DNA of 64,000 nucleotides from Chlamydiota bacterium (GTDB lineage Bacteria; Chlamydiota; Chlamydiia; Chlamydiales; JAAKFQ01): NCBI GenBank assembly GCA_011064725.1, contig JAAKFQ010000002.1, positions 2,662 to 66,661 of the forward strand, read 5' to 3'. Shown piece by piece: positions 18,768 to 28,455 of this stretch (position 1 is its first letter; each line of letters starts with the position of its first letter). The notes under the pieces were generated by a model. It saw only the letters and a program-made list of their open reading frames with translations, ran no database searches and was not told where the DNA came from. The position numbers and the translations under genes were made by a program.

Positions 18768-19712
18768 ATGGATATATTTTTAAAAAAACTCCAACAAGTG
18801 GCTAAAAACAAAGAAGGCGGCGTGTTTGCTCTTTGTTGTGGATTTTCAGAAATGCCCTATCTCCTTGATCAAATGAAACCTCTTTTTGAAAATATTATCT
18901 TTACAACGGTCGAAAACCTGCAAAAAGAACTCATCCAGGAGCTGTTTTTTTCTTATAAGTTTATTGTTGTGCAAGAGGTCTCTAAAGCCACAAAAGCACA
19001 AAAAGAGAGTCTCATTGATCTTCAACCAGAGGGTCAATGTGTGTTATTATGTTTTGAAGATGCACTTTTAGCAATGGATAAAAAGATTTTAAAACACGCA
19101 ACGGTGTTGAATTTTTTTGGTGAAAAACCATGGGATCGCCATGGAAGATTTTTAAAAATTGCCAAATTGGCATTTCAAAAAGAAGGAAAAACAATTCGCC
19201 CAGATCTTTTAGAAAGGCTTACTAAAACATTTGAAGACTTAGCTATAGTGCTCAAGGAAATTGAGAAACTCATCTGTTTTGTGGGAGATCGAGAAGAAAT
19301 TCAAGATCAGGATTTAGATGCTATTTTGTCTACGAATGATACACATAATGCATGGAAATTTAGTGCCTATTTTTTAGAGAAAAATCATGTTTTTTTGATG
19401 CGACTTGTTTTTGATCTTGCTCAAGATGAGCAAAGTTTGATTGGTTTAATTTACCAGATTCGTTATCAAATCACTCAATTATGCGAAATGAAATCGCATT
19501 TGCAAAAAGACAATCGTTTGGAGATTTTTCGTAAAAAATTCAACAATTTATCTCATCATCGAGCAAAAGGAATCATAGAAAATCTGCAACATTTCACACA
19601 ACAAGAACTCGATGAGCGTTTAATTAAGCTTTTAGATTTTGAATTCTTTTTTAAAAATCACCCAAAAATACAAGATAAAACAACCCTAGCCTGCTTACTT
19701 ATTGAAGGATGA
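18768..19712 (+). CDS. probable DNA polymerase III delta subunit (HolA-like)
   Basis: Size (314 aa) and overall pattern of a clamp-loader delta subunit: an N-terminal Rossmann-like region and a helical C-terminal region (LIGLIYQIRYQITQL). No sharp motif, so the call is tentative. Confidence 0.5.
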   Translation: MDIFLKKLQQVAKNKEGGVFALCCGFSEMPYLLDQMKPLFENIIFTTVENLQKELIQELFFSYKFIVVQEVSKATKAQKESLIDLQPEGQCVLLCFEDALLAMDKKILKHATVLNFFGEKPWDRHGRFLKIAKLAFQKEGKTIRPDLLERLTKTFEDLAIVLKEIEKLICFVGDREEIQDQDLDAILSTNDTHNAWKFSAYFLEKNHVFLMRLVFDLAQDEQSLIGLIYQIRYQITQLCEMKSHLQKDNRLEIFRKKFNNLSHHRAKGIIENLQHFTQQELDERLIKLLDFEFFFKNHPKIQDKTTLACLLIEG

Positions 19713-20416
19713 CATTATACTTATTACCTAATTTATTCACATTTGATCCAAAAAAAACACTCTATCTGCCACAGATTTTACAAGAGGTGATGGCCACTAT
19801 AGATGGCTTGTTTTGTGAAAATGAAAAGGAAGGTAGAAGATATTTAAGCTATTTCAGAAATATTATCAAAAAACCTGTCAATCAATTGCCCATTGCACTT
19901 TTTAATAAAAATACACAAATCAAAGATCTGGATTTTTTGTTTGAGCCCTTGGTGCAAAAAGAACAATGGGGATATGTGACAGATTGTGGCATGTCTGTGA
20001 TAGCAGATCCAGGATCATTACTTGTCAAAAAAGCTTATCACTATCAGATTCCAGTAGAAACCATACAAGGCCCTTGTTCAATAACCATGGCTTTGCAGTT
20101 ATCAACATTTCCTGGGAATCGCTTTTCTTTTGTGGGCTATTTAGCAAAAGATCCAAAGACAAGAAGAGTAGAAATTAAAGAGTTAGAGAAAAGGTCTCAA
20201 AGAAACAAAGAGGTGATTATTTGTATCGAAACGCCTTTTCGAAATGCCTTTTTGTTACAAGATCTTTTAGATATCTTAGATGAAAGAACAATGCTTTGTG
20301 TGGCTATAGATCTTATGATGCCAACTCAAGAGGTGATTGTAAAAAAAGTCAAAGATTTTAAAAAAGTGCCTTTGGTTTTAAAAAAGCGTCCATGCCTTTT
20401 TCTTATTTGTGCTTGA
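19709..20416 (+). CDS. tetrapyrrole-methylase-fold SAM-dependent methyltransferase (RsmI/YraL-like)
   Basis: VTDCGMSVIADPGSLLV and GPCSITMAL match RsmI-family motifs. Has a 4-nt overlap with the upstream gene. Confidence 0.7.
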   Translation: MTLYLLPNLFTFDPKKTLYLPQILQEVMATIDGLFCENEKEGRRYLSYFRNIIKKPVNQLPIALFNKNTQIKDLDFLFEPLVQKEQWGYVTDCGMSVIADPGSLLVKKAYHYQIPVETIQGPCSITMALQLSTFPGNRFSFVGYLAKDPKTRRVEIKELEKRSQRNKEVIICIETPFRNAFLLQDLLDILDERTMLCVAIDLMMPTQEVIVKKVKDFKKVPLVLKKRPCLFLICA

Positions 20417-20475
20417 GGCATATTTAAATATAAAAACCTTGAAATTATTCTCCTTTGCTTTTATCTGGAAGGTAA

Positions 20476-20658
20476 TACCAATAATAAAATTAAATGCATA
20501 AATAGGATTTTAGATTTTCAATTAGAACGCAGTTTGGAAATCGATATAAACCAATTTTGGTTTATGAGGTTGAAAACAAAGTTTTAACTGACGCTTGGGC
20601 GTCAGTCCTAATTGAAAAGATAAAGATATATTTGTGAATTTAATTTTTATTATTGGTA
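20476..20658 (+). repeat. family B nested-palindrome repeat, copy B2
   Basis: Ends TACCAATAAT ... TTATTGGTA. Shares the modules TTTGGAAATCG, GTTGAAAAC, CTGACGCTTGGGCGTCAG and TCCTAATTGAAAAGAT with B1 and B4. Ends 15 nt before ATG 20674. Confidence 0.75.
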
Positions 20659-20673
20659 TATGGGGGGAGTGTC

Positions 20674-21573
20674 ATGGCAAAGGTCAAGAGCGCAGCTGCT
20701 AAAAAAGAGCAAAAAAAATCCAAAACCGTTCAAAGAATAGTCGGGATACTGATTGCTTTTGTTCTCGTTTTTGGATCTGCATTTTTCATTTACGATCTTA
20801 TGTTATTTGTCAAAACGGATAATGCGTATGTGCAAGCCAACTCAGCACTGCTTTCTTCGAGAGTAGATGGGTATGTGGAAAAGGTTTTTATCACCGAATT
20901 TGATAAAGTAAAAAAAGGGCAAATGTTAACCGTTTTAGATCAAGAGGATTTTATTCAAGAGGTCAAACGATCCGAAAATGCGCTTAAGGTCAGTTTGGCG
21001 AATTTGGAAATGTCCCAATTTACTTTTGATCGGTTGAGTATTTTGTATCGAGATAAGATTATTTCAGAACAAGACTATGTACAGGCGAAATCTCAATATA
21101 AAGCAGCTTTAAGCCAGGTAGATGAAGCAAAAGCAGCTCTAGAATTAGCCAAGCTCAATCTTCGCTATACGCTGATTCACGCCCCATCTGATGGCCAAAT
21201 TGCACGAAAATCTGTAGAACCTGGGATGAATGTGAGCAAGGGCCAAGCGTTATTTGGATTTGTAGAAGGCAATCAACGATGGGTAGTGGCAAATATTAAA
21301 GAAACCAACCTTTATAAATTGCGTCTTGGAATGCAGGTCAAAGTTTATGTGGATGCTTTGGATGGAAAAAAGTTTATGGGAGTCATTAGCGAAATCGCTT
21401 CTGCAACAGGATCTACATTCACCCTTTTGCCTCCTGATAATTCAACGGGGAATTTTGTTAAAGTGATACAATTTGTCCCTGTGCGCATAGAATTGCAAAA
21501 TCTCACACAAAATGAGTGTGATGCTCTGCAAGCGGGTCTTTCTTGTACGGTAAAAATTAATTACAGGCAATGA
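20674..21573 (+). CDS. HlyD/EmrA-family membrane fusion protein of a multidrug efflux pump
   Basis: N-terminal TM anchor, coiled-coil hairpin and beta-barrel region (IHAPSDGQIARKSVEPG). Start moved to the ATG after GGGGGAG; the track start at 20653 is a TTG inside repeat B2. Confidence 0.85.
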   Translation: MAKVKSAAAKKEQKKSKTVQRIVGILIAFVLVFGSAFFIYDLMLFVKTDNAYVQANSALLSSRVDGYVEKVFITEFDKVKKGQMLTVLDQEDFIQEVKRSENALKVSLANLEMSQFTFDRLSILYRDKIISEQDYVQAKSQYKAALSQVDEAKAALELAKLNLRYTLIHAPSDGQIARKSVEPGMNVSKGQALFGFVEGNQRWVVANIKETNLYKLRLGMQVKVYVDALDGKKFMGVISEIASATGSTFTLLPPDNSTGNFVKVIQFVPVRIELQNLTQNECDALQAGLSCTVKINYRQ

Positions 21574-23102
21574 ATATTCAAAGATTTTTAATTGTCATTA
21601 GTACGGTATTAGCTGCAAGTATTCAAGTGATCGATGGCACCATTGTGAACGTGGCGATTCCTACCATGATGAGCAATTTAGGGATTGATTTAAACAGTAT
21701 CACCTGGGTGTCATCTTCGTATTTAATTGCGCACGTGGTGATTTTACCTATCATTGGTTGGCTTAGCCAAACCCTGGGAAGAAAGAAGTATTTGCTCTAC
21801 TGTATTTTAGTTTTTATCCTTGCATCTGTAGGATGTGGTTTTTCTCCAAATTTATGGGTGCTTGTTTTTTTCCGTATTATTCAAGGATTTGCAGGGGGAG
21901 CTTTGATGCCCATTTCATTGAGCCTGCTTTTTGAAGCATTCCCTGAAAATCAAAAGGCAAAAGCCGCGGCCATTTTTGGTGTGTGTGTGATGATTTCTCC
22001 TGCGTTTGGACCTTTGATGGGAGGCTATCTTACAGAATATTTTGGTTGGCCTTATATCTTTTTTGTGAATGTACCCATCGGTCTTTTAGCGATTTTAATA
22101 GGGATTATTGGAATTCCAGAAGAAAAAGGTCAAAGTTTTGAGAAAATCGACTATTGGGGCCTTTGTTTTTTATTTGTAGGACTTGGATTTTTCCAATTTG
22201 CGATTGAAAGGGGAGAAACAATGGAGTGGTTTTCTTCAAATTGGATCGCTTTTTCTTTTTTGATGGCAGCTATTTTTATCCCCGCCTTTATTTTTAGGTG
22301 TTTGAATGCAGAAAAACCTCTGCTTGATCTGAGTTTGTTAAAAAGCGCAAGAATGAACATTAGTTGTATGGTGAACCTTTTGGTAGGCTACATTTTATAT
22401 GGAGTGAGTTTTTTAATTCCCGTGTATGCTCAAAGGGTTTGGGATTTAAGTACGGTTCAAATAGGATGGATTTTTGTCCCGAGTGCTTTGATAACAAGTC
22501 TTTTTATGCCTCTTGTCTCATATTCTACAAAAGCGTTTAGACCTTCTCTGGTTATGGCATTTGGCATGTTTTTAAGTGCTGTTGGATTTTATTATTTTTC
22601 TCAAATCAACAATGTTTCTTCTCATTTTAGCCCTTATCTTCCTGCAACCCTTTCGCGACTTGGATTTGCATTTAGCCTTATACCAGCAACGCTTGTGGCA
22701 ATGGAGGGTTTTAAGGGAAGACAATCTACAGAAGTGTCGGCTTTGCTTAATTTTTCTAGGCAACTGGGGGGCTCTGTCTCTTTTGCAATCATTGCCACAC
22801 TGCTTACAAATTTTCAAAAGAGATTTTATGGGATTTTGAAAGCAGATATTTCTTCACTTAACTATCCCGTACAACAAATGCAAGCTAGTTTACAAGAAAA
22901 ATTGACACAAAGCATGCCTCTTGAAACGGGGGAGGGTACATATATCCAAATGGCTGGCAAAGTATTGCAAGAAAAAGTCTATCTTCAATCCTTTGTGTTG
23001 AGTTATGACCGTATTATGTGGATTTCAATGTTTGTGACTTTATTTGCGGTCGTATTGATGTTGTGCGTATCTTTTATATTCAAAAGAAAAAAAGCAAAAT
23101 AG
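21570..23102 (+). CDS. MFS transporter, DHA2 (EmrB/QacA) 14-TMS family
   Basis: About 14 hydrophobic segments. MFS motif GWLSQTLGRKK. Has a 4-nt overlap with the EmrA-like gene. Confidence 0.85.
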   Translation: MNIQRFLIVISTVLAASIQVIDGTIVNVAIPTMMSNLGIDLNSITWVSSSYLIAHVVILPIIGWLSQTLGRKKYLLYCILVFILASVGCGFSPNLWVLVFFRIIQGFAGGALMPISLSLLFEAFPENQKAKAAAIFGVCVMISPAFGPLMGGYLTEYFGWPYIFFVNVPIGLLAILIGIIGIPEEKGQSFEKIDYWGLCFLFVGLGFFQFAIERGETMEWFSSNWIAFSFLMAAIFIPAFIFRCLNAEKPLLDLSLLKSARMNISCMVNLLVGYILYGVSFLIPVYAQRVWDLSTVQIGWIFVPSALITSLFMPLVSYSTKAFRPSLVMAFGMFLSAVGFYYFSQINNVSSHFSPYLPATLSRLGFAFSLIPATLVAMEGFKGRQSTEVSALLNFSRQLGGSVSFAIIATLLTNFQKRFYGILKADISSLNYPVQQMQASLQEKLTQSMPLETGEGTYIQMAGKVLQEKVYLQSFVLSYDRIMWISMFVTLFAVVLMLCVSFIFKRKKAK

Positions 23103-23146
23103 ATCTCTCTATTTTGCTTCTTTTACTTTTTTACAACACAAATTGC

Positions 23147-23368
23147 TTAATTGCCACCTTTACTTCGGTTTTGTTCTTTAGCAAAATTAGAATGTTGTAT
23201 TTTAGCAAGAAGATTAGAAGTATTTTGGTTTTCATATCTTCTTTCTTCAATTCCAAAAAGAGCAGTTGATATTTTATAAACAGTCTCTTCTCTATCTGAC
23301 ATATTGTTTTCTTCAGTAGCAAAAGGGAATAAACTTACGTTTAAACTTGAGACTTGATCGATAGCCAT
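23147..23368 (-). CDS. small hypothetical protein (73 aa)
   Basis: The internal ATG is preceded by AAGGAGG (reverse complement of 23369-23385). No recognisable motif. Confidence 0.4.
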   Translation of the reverse strand: MAIDQVSSLNVSLFPFATEENNMSDREETVYKISTALFGIEERRYENQNTSNLLAKIQHSNFAKEQNRSKGGN

Positions 23369-23499
23369 TTTGGCCTCCTTATTGTTAATTTTCACACACT
23401 TTGTTCATTTAATGTAAGTGAACTGACCAATTATAAAAAATAAAGTAGGTTTTTGCAATAGGTTTCTTTGAATTAATGAAATCTTAACAAAAAACAAGA

Positions 23500-24555
23500 C
23501 TAAAACAGTTGATATTCAGCGTTTAGAATTTCTTTTGGAAGCGCTGTTTGCATCGCGCTGATTAAATTTTTCTGAGAAAGAATTAAGATTTTAAGTTGAT
23601 CCAAACAAAGGGAGATTTGTTGAAACATACGAGATACATTTTCTTTTGTTAAAAGGTTTCCAAATTCACAATCAAAAATGTGCAATTTTCTTCTCGCTAA
23701 ATTTTCAGCTTCAGTATACACACTGAGGTCAATTTCTGAAATTTTTTGCTCTTGTCTCAAATTCGCTTCTTCTTGGGTAAGAGGTTTAAAAGTAGGCATG
23801 TAGGGATTTAGCAGATCTGTTCTATAATTATCTGCACCAAAGATGTGATGAGCGATAGGGCAAGATTGAGATCCATCGAGTGAAAAGATGTGTTCATTTT
23901 TGAATTGAGATTCAATTAAATAGGTGCTTGTGTGATTAACGCGTTCTAAAGCGGGATTGAGCAGAGCGACTTTTGTAATTCCATCATAAGAAACGATCAA
24001 AGCTTTTTGATGCGCTCCACTTCCGGAAGTAATGACAAGTTGCATACCTGCATAGACATTATCTAATGTCGAAGCATTGTGATCTAACACGATTTCTGCC
24101 TGGTTTCCACCGGTGATTTTTCCAAAAAGGGATAGAGGTAAAATATCTTCTTTGAATGAAAAGGGATCTTTAAAAGGAAGTTCTAAAAAACCATCTCTTT
24201 GAAATCCCGTATATAAATTGATGGGATGAATGTTCAATCTGAGTTGTTTTGCTATCTTTTGCACATTTAAAGGGACCATATTTAAAAAAAGAGGCTTGGA
24301 ATCAAGATTAGCTTTGGGTAAGTAGGTTCCTGAAAAACCATCAAAAAGTTCTGCAAGTTGAATTTGAATGTCTGTGAATTTGCGTGTATTTTCATCATCA
24401 AATTGCAGATTATTTTTTTCATAAAGTGTGAGTTCAAAGAGAGAAGTAAAAAGCTCATTGGCTTCGATAAGATAACGCATTTGAGCATTCACAAAGCGAT
24501 AAGCTAGGTTTAAGTCTTGTTCTTGCATAACATGAGATATAACAAAGCTTAGCAT
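23500..24555 (-). CDS. hypothetical protein (351 aa)
   Basis: Clean long ORF with helical N- and C-terminal thirds and a probably beta-rich centre (ITGGNQAEIVLDHNAS...LVITSGSGAHQKALIVSYDG). No motif recognised. Confidence 0.6.
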   Translation of the reverse strand: MLSFVISHVMQEQDLNLAYRFVNAQMRYLIEANELFTSLFELTLYEKNNLQFDDENTRKFTDIQIQLAELFDGFSGTYLPKANLDSKPLFLNMVPLNVQKIAKQLRLNIHPINLYTGFQRDGFLELPFKDPFSFKEDILPLSLFGKITGGNQAEIVLDHNASTLDNVYAGMQLVITSGSGAHQKALIVSYDGITKVALLNPALERVNHTSTYLIESQFKNEHIFSLDGSQSCPIAHHIFGADNYRTDLLNPYMPTFKPLTQEEANLRQEQKISEIDLSVYTEAENLARRKLHIFDCEFGNLLTKENVSRMFQQISLCLDQLKILILSQKNLISAMQTALPKEILNAEYQLF

Positions 24556-24614
24556 TTTAGAAAAGATTTAGTATATGAGCTCCAGGAACAAATTTTTTTT
24601 TAAAAGGCTATTTT

Positions 24615-24643
24615 TTGACAATCTTTCGTTTTTAAGGTACACT
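24615..24643 (+). promoter_or_regulatory. promoter candidate for ssb
   Basis: TTGACA (24615-24620), a 17-nt spacer, then TACACT (24638-24643). AAAGGAG precedes ATG 24675. Confidence 0.5.
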
Positions 24644-24674
24644 GAGGGTTAAAAAAAAATTAAAGGAGTGAGTG

Positions 24675-25115
24675 ATGAATACAATTTATATTGCGGGACA
24701 CCTTGGAGCTGATCCTGAAACAAGATTTACAGCTAATGGCCAAAAAGTCACAACATTGAGAGTTGCTACACGTTCACGTCGTAGTGGCAAAGATGAAACC
24801 ATTTGGTGGAGAGTGACTGTTTGGGGAGATCAATATGATAAAATGATCACCTATCTTAAAAAAGGAAGTCCTTTGATGGTCTTTGGTGATATGCACAAAC
24901 CAGAAATCTACACAGATAAAAATGGAAATCCACAAGTCAGCCTTTCTTTAACAGCCCTGCAGCTTAGCTTTAGTCCTTTTGGACGCTCAGAACAAAAGGA
25001 AGACAACGAGCCTTCTAAGGATAAAAAAGAAGAAGAAGCCTTTGCCTCTCTTGCTTCTGTTGTTGAAGGAACGGAAGAAAAAAGCGAAGAATCCGATGAT
25101 GATTTACCCTTTTAA
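24675..25115 (+). CDS. ssb: single-stranded DNA-binding protein
   Basis: OB-fold N-terminus (IAGHLGADPETRFTANGQKVTTLRVA...WWRV), an acidic tail and the canonical C-terminal DDDLPF. Confidence 0.95.
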   Translation: MNTIYIAGHLGADPETRFTANGQKVTTLRVATRSRRSGKDETIWWRVTVWGDQYDKMITYLKKGSPLMVFGDMHKPEIYTDKNGNPQVSLSLTALQLSFSPFGRSEQKEDNEPSKDKKEEEAFASLASVVEGTEEKSEESDDDLPF

Positions 25116-25125
25116 AGGAGGTTGA

Positions 25126-26592
25126 ATGCTATTTTTTACACAAGAGAATACACGTTCTAGAAAACCTGCAGATGCGCTTGTCATTCCCTTTTGGCAAACA
25201 AAAGATGAAAAGATTGAATGCGCGCACAAGATAGATTCTAAGCTTTTACAACGTTATTTAACACTTGAAGATTTTAAAGCAAAAAAAGGACAAATACACG
25301 TTGTATTTGTCGATGACATTGTTGAAAAACGTGCTATTTTAGTAGGACTTGGAAAACAAGAAGAATGTGATAGTGAAGCATTAAGAATGAGCTATTCCAA
25401 AGTCATATTATCGGCGATTTCTAAAAAACATATCTACCTTAACGTGTTATTTCCCAAATGCAAGAAATGCAAGCCGCAAACAGTGATTCCAGCGTGCATT
25501 GAGGGAATGATGCTTGCAAATTATTTATTTGAATATAAAAAGCCATCTAAGGATAAAAAACTTGTACAAAAATTGTTTCTACTTGGCATTTCAAAATCCT
25601 ATTTAACCAAAGCAAAAGAGATTGCGAAACTATCAGAAAGTGTTTGTTTTGCACGTGATTTAGTCAATTCAAATGCTGAAGTAGTCAATTCAGACTATTT
25701 AGCCAAGGTTGCCAAAGATTTAGGAAAACTTCCCAAAGTGAAAACCACCATTTTAGAAAAGGCCCAAATCAAAAAAGAAAATATGGGGCTTTTTTTAGCG
25801 GTGAACCAAGGATCTAAATTTCCTCCCTATTTATTGATTGTGGAATACAAGGGAAATCCAAAATCTAAGGATGTTACGGTGTTGGTTGGTAAGGGAGTCA
25901 CTTATGATACAGGGGGACTTAGCATTAAAACTTCAACAGGCATGGTCGAGATGAAATTGGACATGTCAGGAGCCGCTAGCGTTCTTGGAACGATTAGAGC
26001 GCTGTGTCATTTAAAATCCAAACGTAATGTGATTGCTGTTGTTGCAACAACAGATAATGCGATTGGACCAAATAGTTATAGACCGGGCGACGTGTATACG
26101 GGCTGCAATGGTAAAACAGTGGAGGTGACCAATACGGATGCAGAAGGAAGACTCACACTTGCAGATGCCATTGCTTATAGTTGCAAAAAGCTCAATCCTA
26201 CGCGCATTATTAATATTGCCACCTTAACAGGATCCATGGTGATTGCGCTAGGTGAATATATCGCAGGAGTGATGGGAAATGACGACAAGTTGATCCAAAA
26301 ATTGCTCAATGCATCAAAAACAACCCATGAGCGCTTGTGGGCCTTGCCTCTACCTAGTGATTATCTAGAGGATCTCAAATCCGATATTGCGGATTTGAAA
26401 AATTCTGCTTCTCGCTGGGGGTCTGGCTTAAAAGCGGGTCTCTTTTTAAAAGAGTTTGTCGATCCTAAAGTAAAGTGGGCGCACATTGATATTGCAGGTC
26501 CAGCCTTCATTCCTAAGCGAATGGGGTATGTTCCAAAGGGTGGCACAGGGTTTGGTGTCCGTCTACTTGTTGAGTTGATTCAATCTCTATGA
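25126..26592 (+). CDS. pepA: leucyl aminopeptidase (M17)
   Basis: M17 signature NTDAEGRLTLADA plus VGKGVTYDTGG. Confidence 0.9.
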   Translation: MLFFTQENTRSRKPADALVIPFWQTKDEKIECAHKIDSKLLQRYLTLEDFKAKKGQIHVVFVDDIVEKRAILVGLGKQEECDSEALRMSYSKVILSAISKKHIYLNVLFPKCKKCKPQTVIPACIEGMMLANYLFEYKKPSKDKKLVQKLFLLGISKSYLTKAKEIAKLSESVCFARDLVNSNAEVVNSDYLAKVAKDLGKLPKVKTTILEKAQIKKENMGLFLAVNQGSKFPPYLLIVEYKGNPKSKDVTVLVGKGVTYDTGGLSIKTSTGMVEMKLDMSGAASVLGTIRALCHLKSKRNVIAVVATTDNAIGPNSYRPGDVYTGCNGKTVEVTNTDAEGRLTLADAIAYSCKKLNPTRIINIATLTGSMVIALGEYIAGVMGNDDKLIQKLLNASKTTHERLWALPLPSDYLEDLKSDIADLKNSASRWGSGLKAGLFLKEFVDPKVKWAHIDIAGPAFIPKRMGYVPKGGTGFGVRLLVELIQSL

Positions 26593-27380
26593 AGCACTGG
26601 ATTGTAAAAGCACCTCAAAAACTGCACCATTTTTTAATCGATCAATTAGATATGTCATCTAGGCAGATCAAGCAGCACCTTGATTTAGGACTTTGCAAAG
26701 TTAATGATCGCATTGAAACTTTTGGCACAAGAAAACTCCACCCTAAAGACGAGGTGGTATTTAAACCATGCGAAATTAAGCTTCCTAAATTTGAGAAAAC
26801 CCACATTCTTTTTGAAGATGATGCTCTTTTGGTTTATAACAAACCCCCTTATTTGGAATGCAGCAAAACGCATTTAGAGAAATTTTTCAAGCAACCTGTT
26901 TGGTTGGTCCACCGTTTAGATAAAGAGACCACGGGTGTTTTTATTTTGGCAAAGTCGAAAAAGGCACAAGAGGGTTTAGAAGAGCAGTTTAGAGAACGTC
27001 TTGTGGAAAAAGAGTATTTAGCTCTTGTAGAAGGAGCATTTGAAAAAACTATAACTGTCAAAAATCGATTAGGTGTGATCAAAAAGGGGGGAATAAAAAG
27101 AGGTATTGTGAAAAATGGATCTCTAGCAATCACACATTTTATTCCCAAAAAGATAGGGGAGACAACTTCCCTTGTGACTTGTATTCCAGTGACAGGAAAA
27201 ACACACCAAATTCGCGTGCATTTAAGTGGTCTAAAACATCCTGTTGTAGGGGATGTCTTATATGGATCTAAAATTTTGTATCCGCGCTATTTACTGCACT
27301 GCTATCAAATGACATTTGAGCATCCAACAACAAAAGAGCGTATGCAGATCACGCAGCCTACAAGGTTTGCGATTGCGTAA
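26589..27380 (+). CDS. RluA-family pseudouridine synthase with S4-like N-terminus
   Basis: Catalytic motif VHRLDKETTGV and the conserved GKTHQIRVH. Confidence 0.85.
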   Translation: MKHWIVKAPQKLHHFLIDQLDMSSRQIKQHLDLGLCKVNDRIETFGTRKLHPKDEVVFKPCEIKLPKFEKTHILFEDDALLVYNKPPYLECSKTHLEKFFKQPVWLVHRLDKETTGVFILAKSKKAQEGLEEQFRERLVEKEYLALVEGAFEKTITVKNRLGVIKKGGIKRGIVKNGSLAITHFIPKKIGETTSLVTCIPVTGKTHQIRVHLSGLKHPVVGDVLYGSKILYPRYLLHCYQMTFEHPTTKERMQITQPTRFAIA

Positions 27381-28455
27381 GGGCATTTTCAAATTCAAAA
27401 GCCTGGAAAATATCCTCACTCTTAAGATCTTTCATGCAACCACCAGTTGTACATGAGCGCATTTTGGGGCATTGCTTTTTAAAAGTGATGTGATAAGGAC
27501 ATCTACCCTGAATGCTTTGATGAAACGGACCTTTTGGTGCGTAGTAATTGGCGCTTGTGGATCCAAAAATAGATAGAGTTTTGATATTGGCTGTAGCTGC
27601 CATGTGTAAAGAAATGCTATCCATTGCAATCACAAAATCTACTTGTTGCATCAAATAATGCAGTGTTGTGAGCAAGTAGCGTTCAATGACAAAAGTGTTG
27701 GGGTGCACAGCAAGATCGCAAGCTTGTTTTTTTTCTTTTTCATTTCCCCAACTAATGAAGAAAAAACAAGGTGTTTGATGGTGCATTTTTTCCATCAATT
27801 CTAAGAGAGTGTCATTAGATAGACGTTTGTTTTCCCATGCACTTTGAGGACAGATCAATACCTTTTTTTTCTCAGCAAGATCAAGCTTTTCAAACAACAT
27901 ATCTATTTTTTGTTTTTCTTGATCTTCGATTTCGAAATAAAGAGGATGATCTGTAATGTTTTTGGGCATTCTTTTTTGAAAATAGTGATAGATCATTCCC
28001 ACATAATCACATCGAATGTTTAAATAAGGAGGATCAAATTTGATTTTTGTTACAAGCTTATTAGGCCATTCTCTTGGATTTTTAAATCCCAATTTTTTCT
28101 TTGCTTTTGCAAAAAATGTCACAATTGCGGATTTTACATTGCCTTGCAGATCGAAGACCACGTCATATTTATTTTTTCGAAGAGCTTTAAAAACAGAAAA
28201 GACCTCTTTTCTAGATTTTAACCAACCCTTTTTCCATTTTTTTGTATCGATGACAAAAACATTGTGAATCTCTTTATGATGTAAAACAACTTCACAAAAA
28301 GGTTTTTCAATCACCCAATCAATTTCGCAACCTTTTGAAAGTATTTTCAAGTGCTCTAAAATGCAGAGCGCTTGTAAAATATCACCTCGCGATGAGGCTT
28401 TGACGATCAAAATTCTTAAAGGTCTTGACAGATTTTTCAATCCAACCTCCTCCAA
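27358..28455 (-). CDS. glycosyltransferase family 9 (LPS heptosyltransferase-like)
   Basis: N-terminal LRILIVKASSRGDILQA, a central DLQG motif and a Cys-rich C-terminal region typical of GT9. The track start is a TTG that overlaps mnmA by 74 nt. The real start is uncertain and may be the TTG at 28410. Confidence 0.7.
   Translation of the reverse strand: MEEVGLKNLSRPLRILIVKASSRGDILQALCILEHLKILSKGCEIDWVIEKPFCEVVLHHKEIHNVFVIDTKKWKKGWLKSRKEVFSVFKALRKNKYDVVFDLQGNVKSAIVTFFAKAKKKLGFKNPREWPNKLVTKIKFDPPYLNIRCDYVGMIYHYFQKRMPKNITDHPLYFEIEDQEKQKIDMLFEKLDLAEKKKVLICPQSAWENKRLSNDTLLELMEKMHHQTPCFFFISWGNEKEKKQACDLAVHPNTFVIERYLLTTLHYLMQQVDFVIAMDSISLHMAATANIKTLSIFGSTSANYYAPKGPFHQSIQGRCPYHITFKKQCPKMRSCTTGGCMKDLKSEDIFQAFEFENALTQSQTL

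Noticed and set aside
20653-20673. Track start (TTG) of the EmrA-like gene inside repeat B2
   Set aside because: The first seven codons are repeat and junction sequence. An ATG with an upstream GGGGGAG lies at 20674, so the shorter model is preferred.
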